In this document: positions 63,335-64,000 of the stretch, one piece after another | Layout: the number at the start of each line of letters is the position of its first letter | Position numbering within the stretch: the first letter of the stretch is position 1 | Source of the DNA: Octopus sinensis | Lineage: Eukaryota | Length of the DNA stretch: 64,000 nucleotides | Direction: 5' to 3' | NCBI RefSeq assembly: GCF_006345805.1 | Contig: NW_021832282.1 | Location: 69,063 to 133,062 of the forward strand | The notes under the pieces: generated by a model | The model's input: only the letters and a program-made list of their open reading frames with translations | What the model was told of the DNA's origin: nothing | Database searches by the model: none | Made by a program: the position numbers and the translations under genes

Positions 63335-64000
63335 CATGGGCCCGGTTTCCCAGTTTCTGTGGCATATGTGTTACCCCCAGCTGGACGGGACGCCAGTCCA
63401 TTGCAGCGTTACTCAAGAAACAGGAAGAGAGAGTGAGAGAAAGTTGGGTCGAAAGAGTACAATAGGGGTCGCCCCCCCCCCGCCCCCAACCCCAACCCCC
63501 GCCGGAGCCTCGTGGAGCCTTTAGGTGTTTTCACTCAATAAACACACACAACGCCCAGTCTGGGAATCGAAACCACAATCCACTGACCGCGAGTCCGCTG
63601 CCCTAACCACTGAGCCATTGCGTCTCCACTCTGCCCTTTTCAAGCCTAGCCAGGCTCATGGACCCGGTTTCCCGGTTTCTGTGGGGTATGTGTTCCCCCC
63701 AGATGGACGGGACGCCAGTCCATCGCAGCATTACCCAAGAAACAGGAAGAGAGAGTGAGAGAAGATTGGGGCGAAAGTGTACAACAGGGGTCACCTCCCC
63801 CCTGCCGGAGCCTTGTGGAGCCTTTAGGTGTTTTCACTCAATAAACACACACAACGCCCAGTCTGGGAATCGAAACCACAATCCACTGACCGCGAGTCCT
63901 CTGCCCTAACCACTGAGCCATTGCACCTCCACTCTGCCCTTTTCAAGCCTAGCCAGGCTCATGGGCCCGGTTTCCCGGTTTCTGTGGGGTATGCGTTCCC
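63335..64000 (-). repeat. Head-to-tail tandem of whole SINE-C units, 303-bp period, open at the right edge
   Basis: CTCCACTCTGCCCTTTTCAAGCCTAGCC at 63624 and 63927. Confidence 0.85.

Overview
Eukaryotic, AT-rich, repeat-dense animal DNA. The SINE, RTE and C2H2-ZNF sequences look octopod (Octopus-like); this is inferred from repeat and gene style, not from a search. Bases 1-27823 are one 75-bp satellite with two sequence domains and higher-order structure, and all ORFs there are repeat artefacts. The remaining 36 kb is a mosaic of three tRNA-derived SINE families (labelled A, B, C here), RTE and CR1/L2 LINE 3' ends, several TIR elements (piggyBac-, pogo/Tigger-, Tc1/mariner- and Merlin-like, plus an unclassified family labelled M) and (TA)n tracts. 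Two host genes are supported, both on the minus strand: a zinc-finger-only C2H2 gene (CDS 43273-44442) and a multi-exon secreted PAN/Apple-domain gene (exons 62286 down to at least 58490). Main observations: (i) a structurally complete type I hammerhead ribozyme fold at 52004-52049 inside a 367-bp Penelope-pLTR/retrozyme-like unit, with further hammerhead relics; (ii) a 2.5-kb nested palindrome filling most of the predicted ZNF 5'UTR intron, holding a Merlin-like MITE whose empty site survives on the other arm; (iii) tandem amplification of sub-modules of almost every repeat family, including SINE-tail arrays with an identical junction at two loci. Frequent 1-bp homopolymer indels suggest long-read consensus noise, so fine indel claims need raw-read confirmation.
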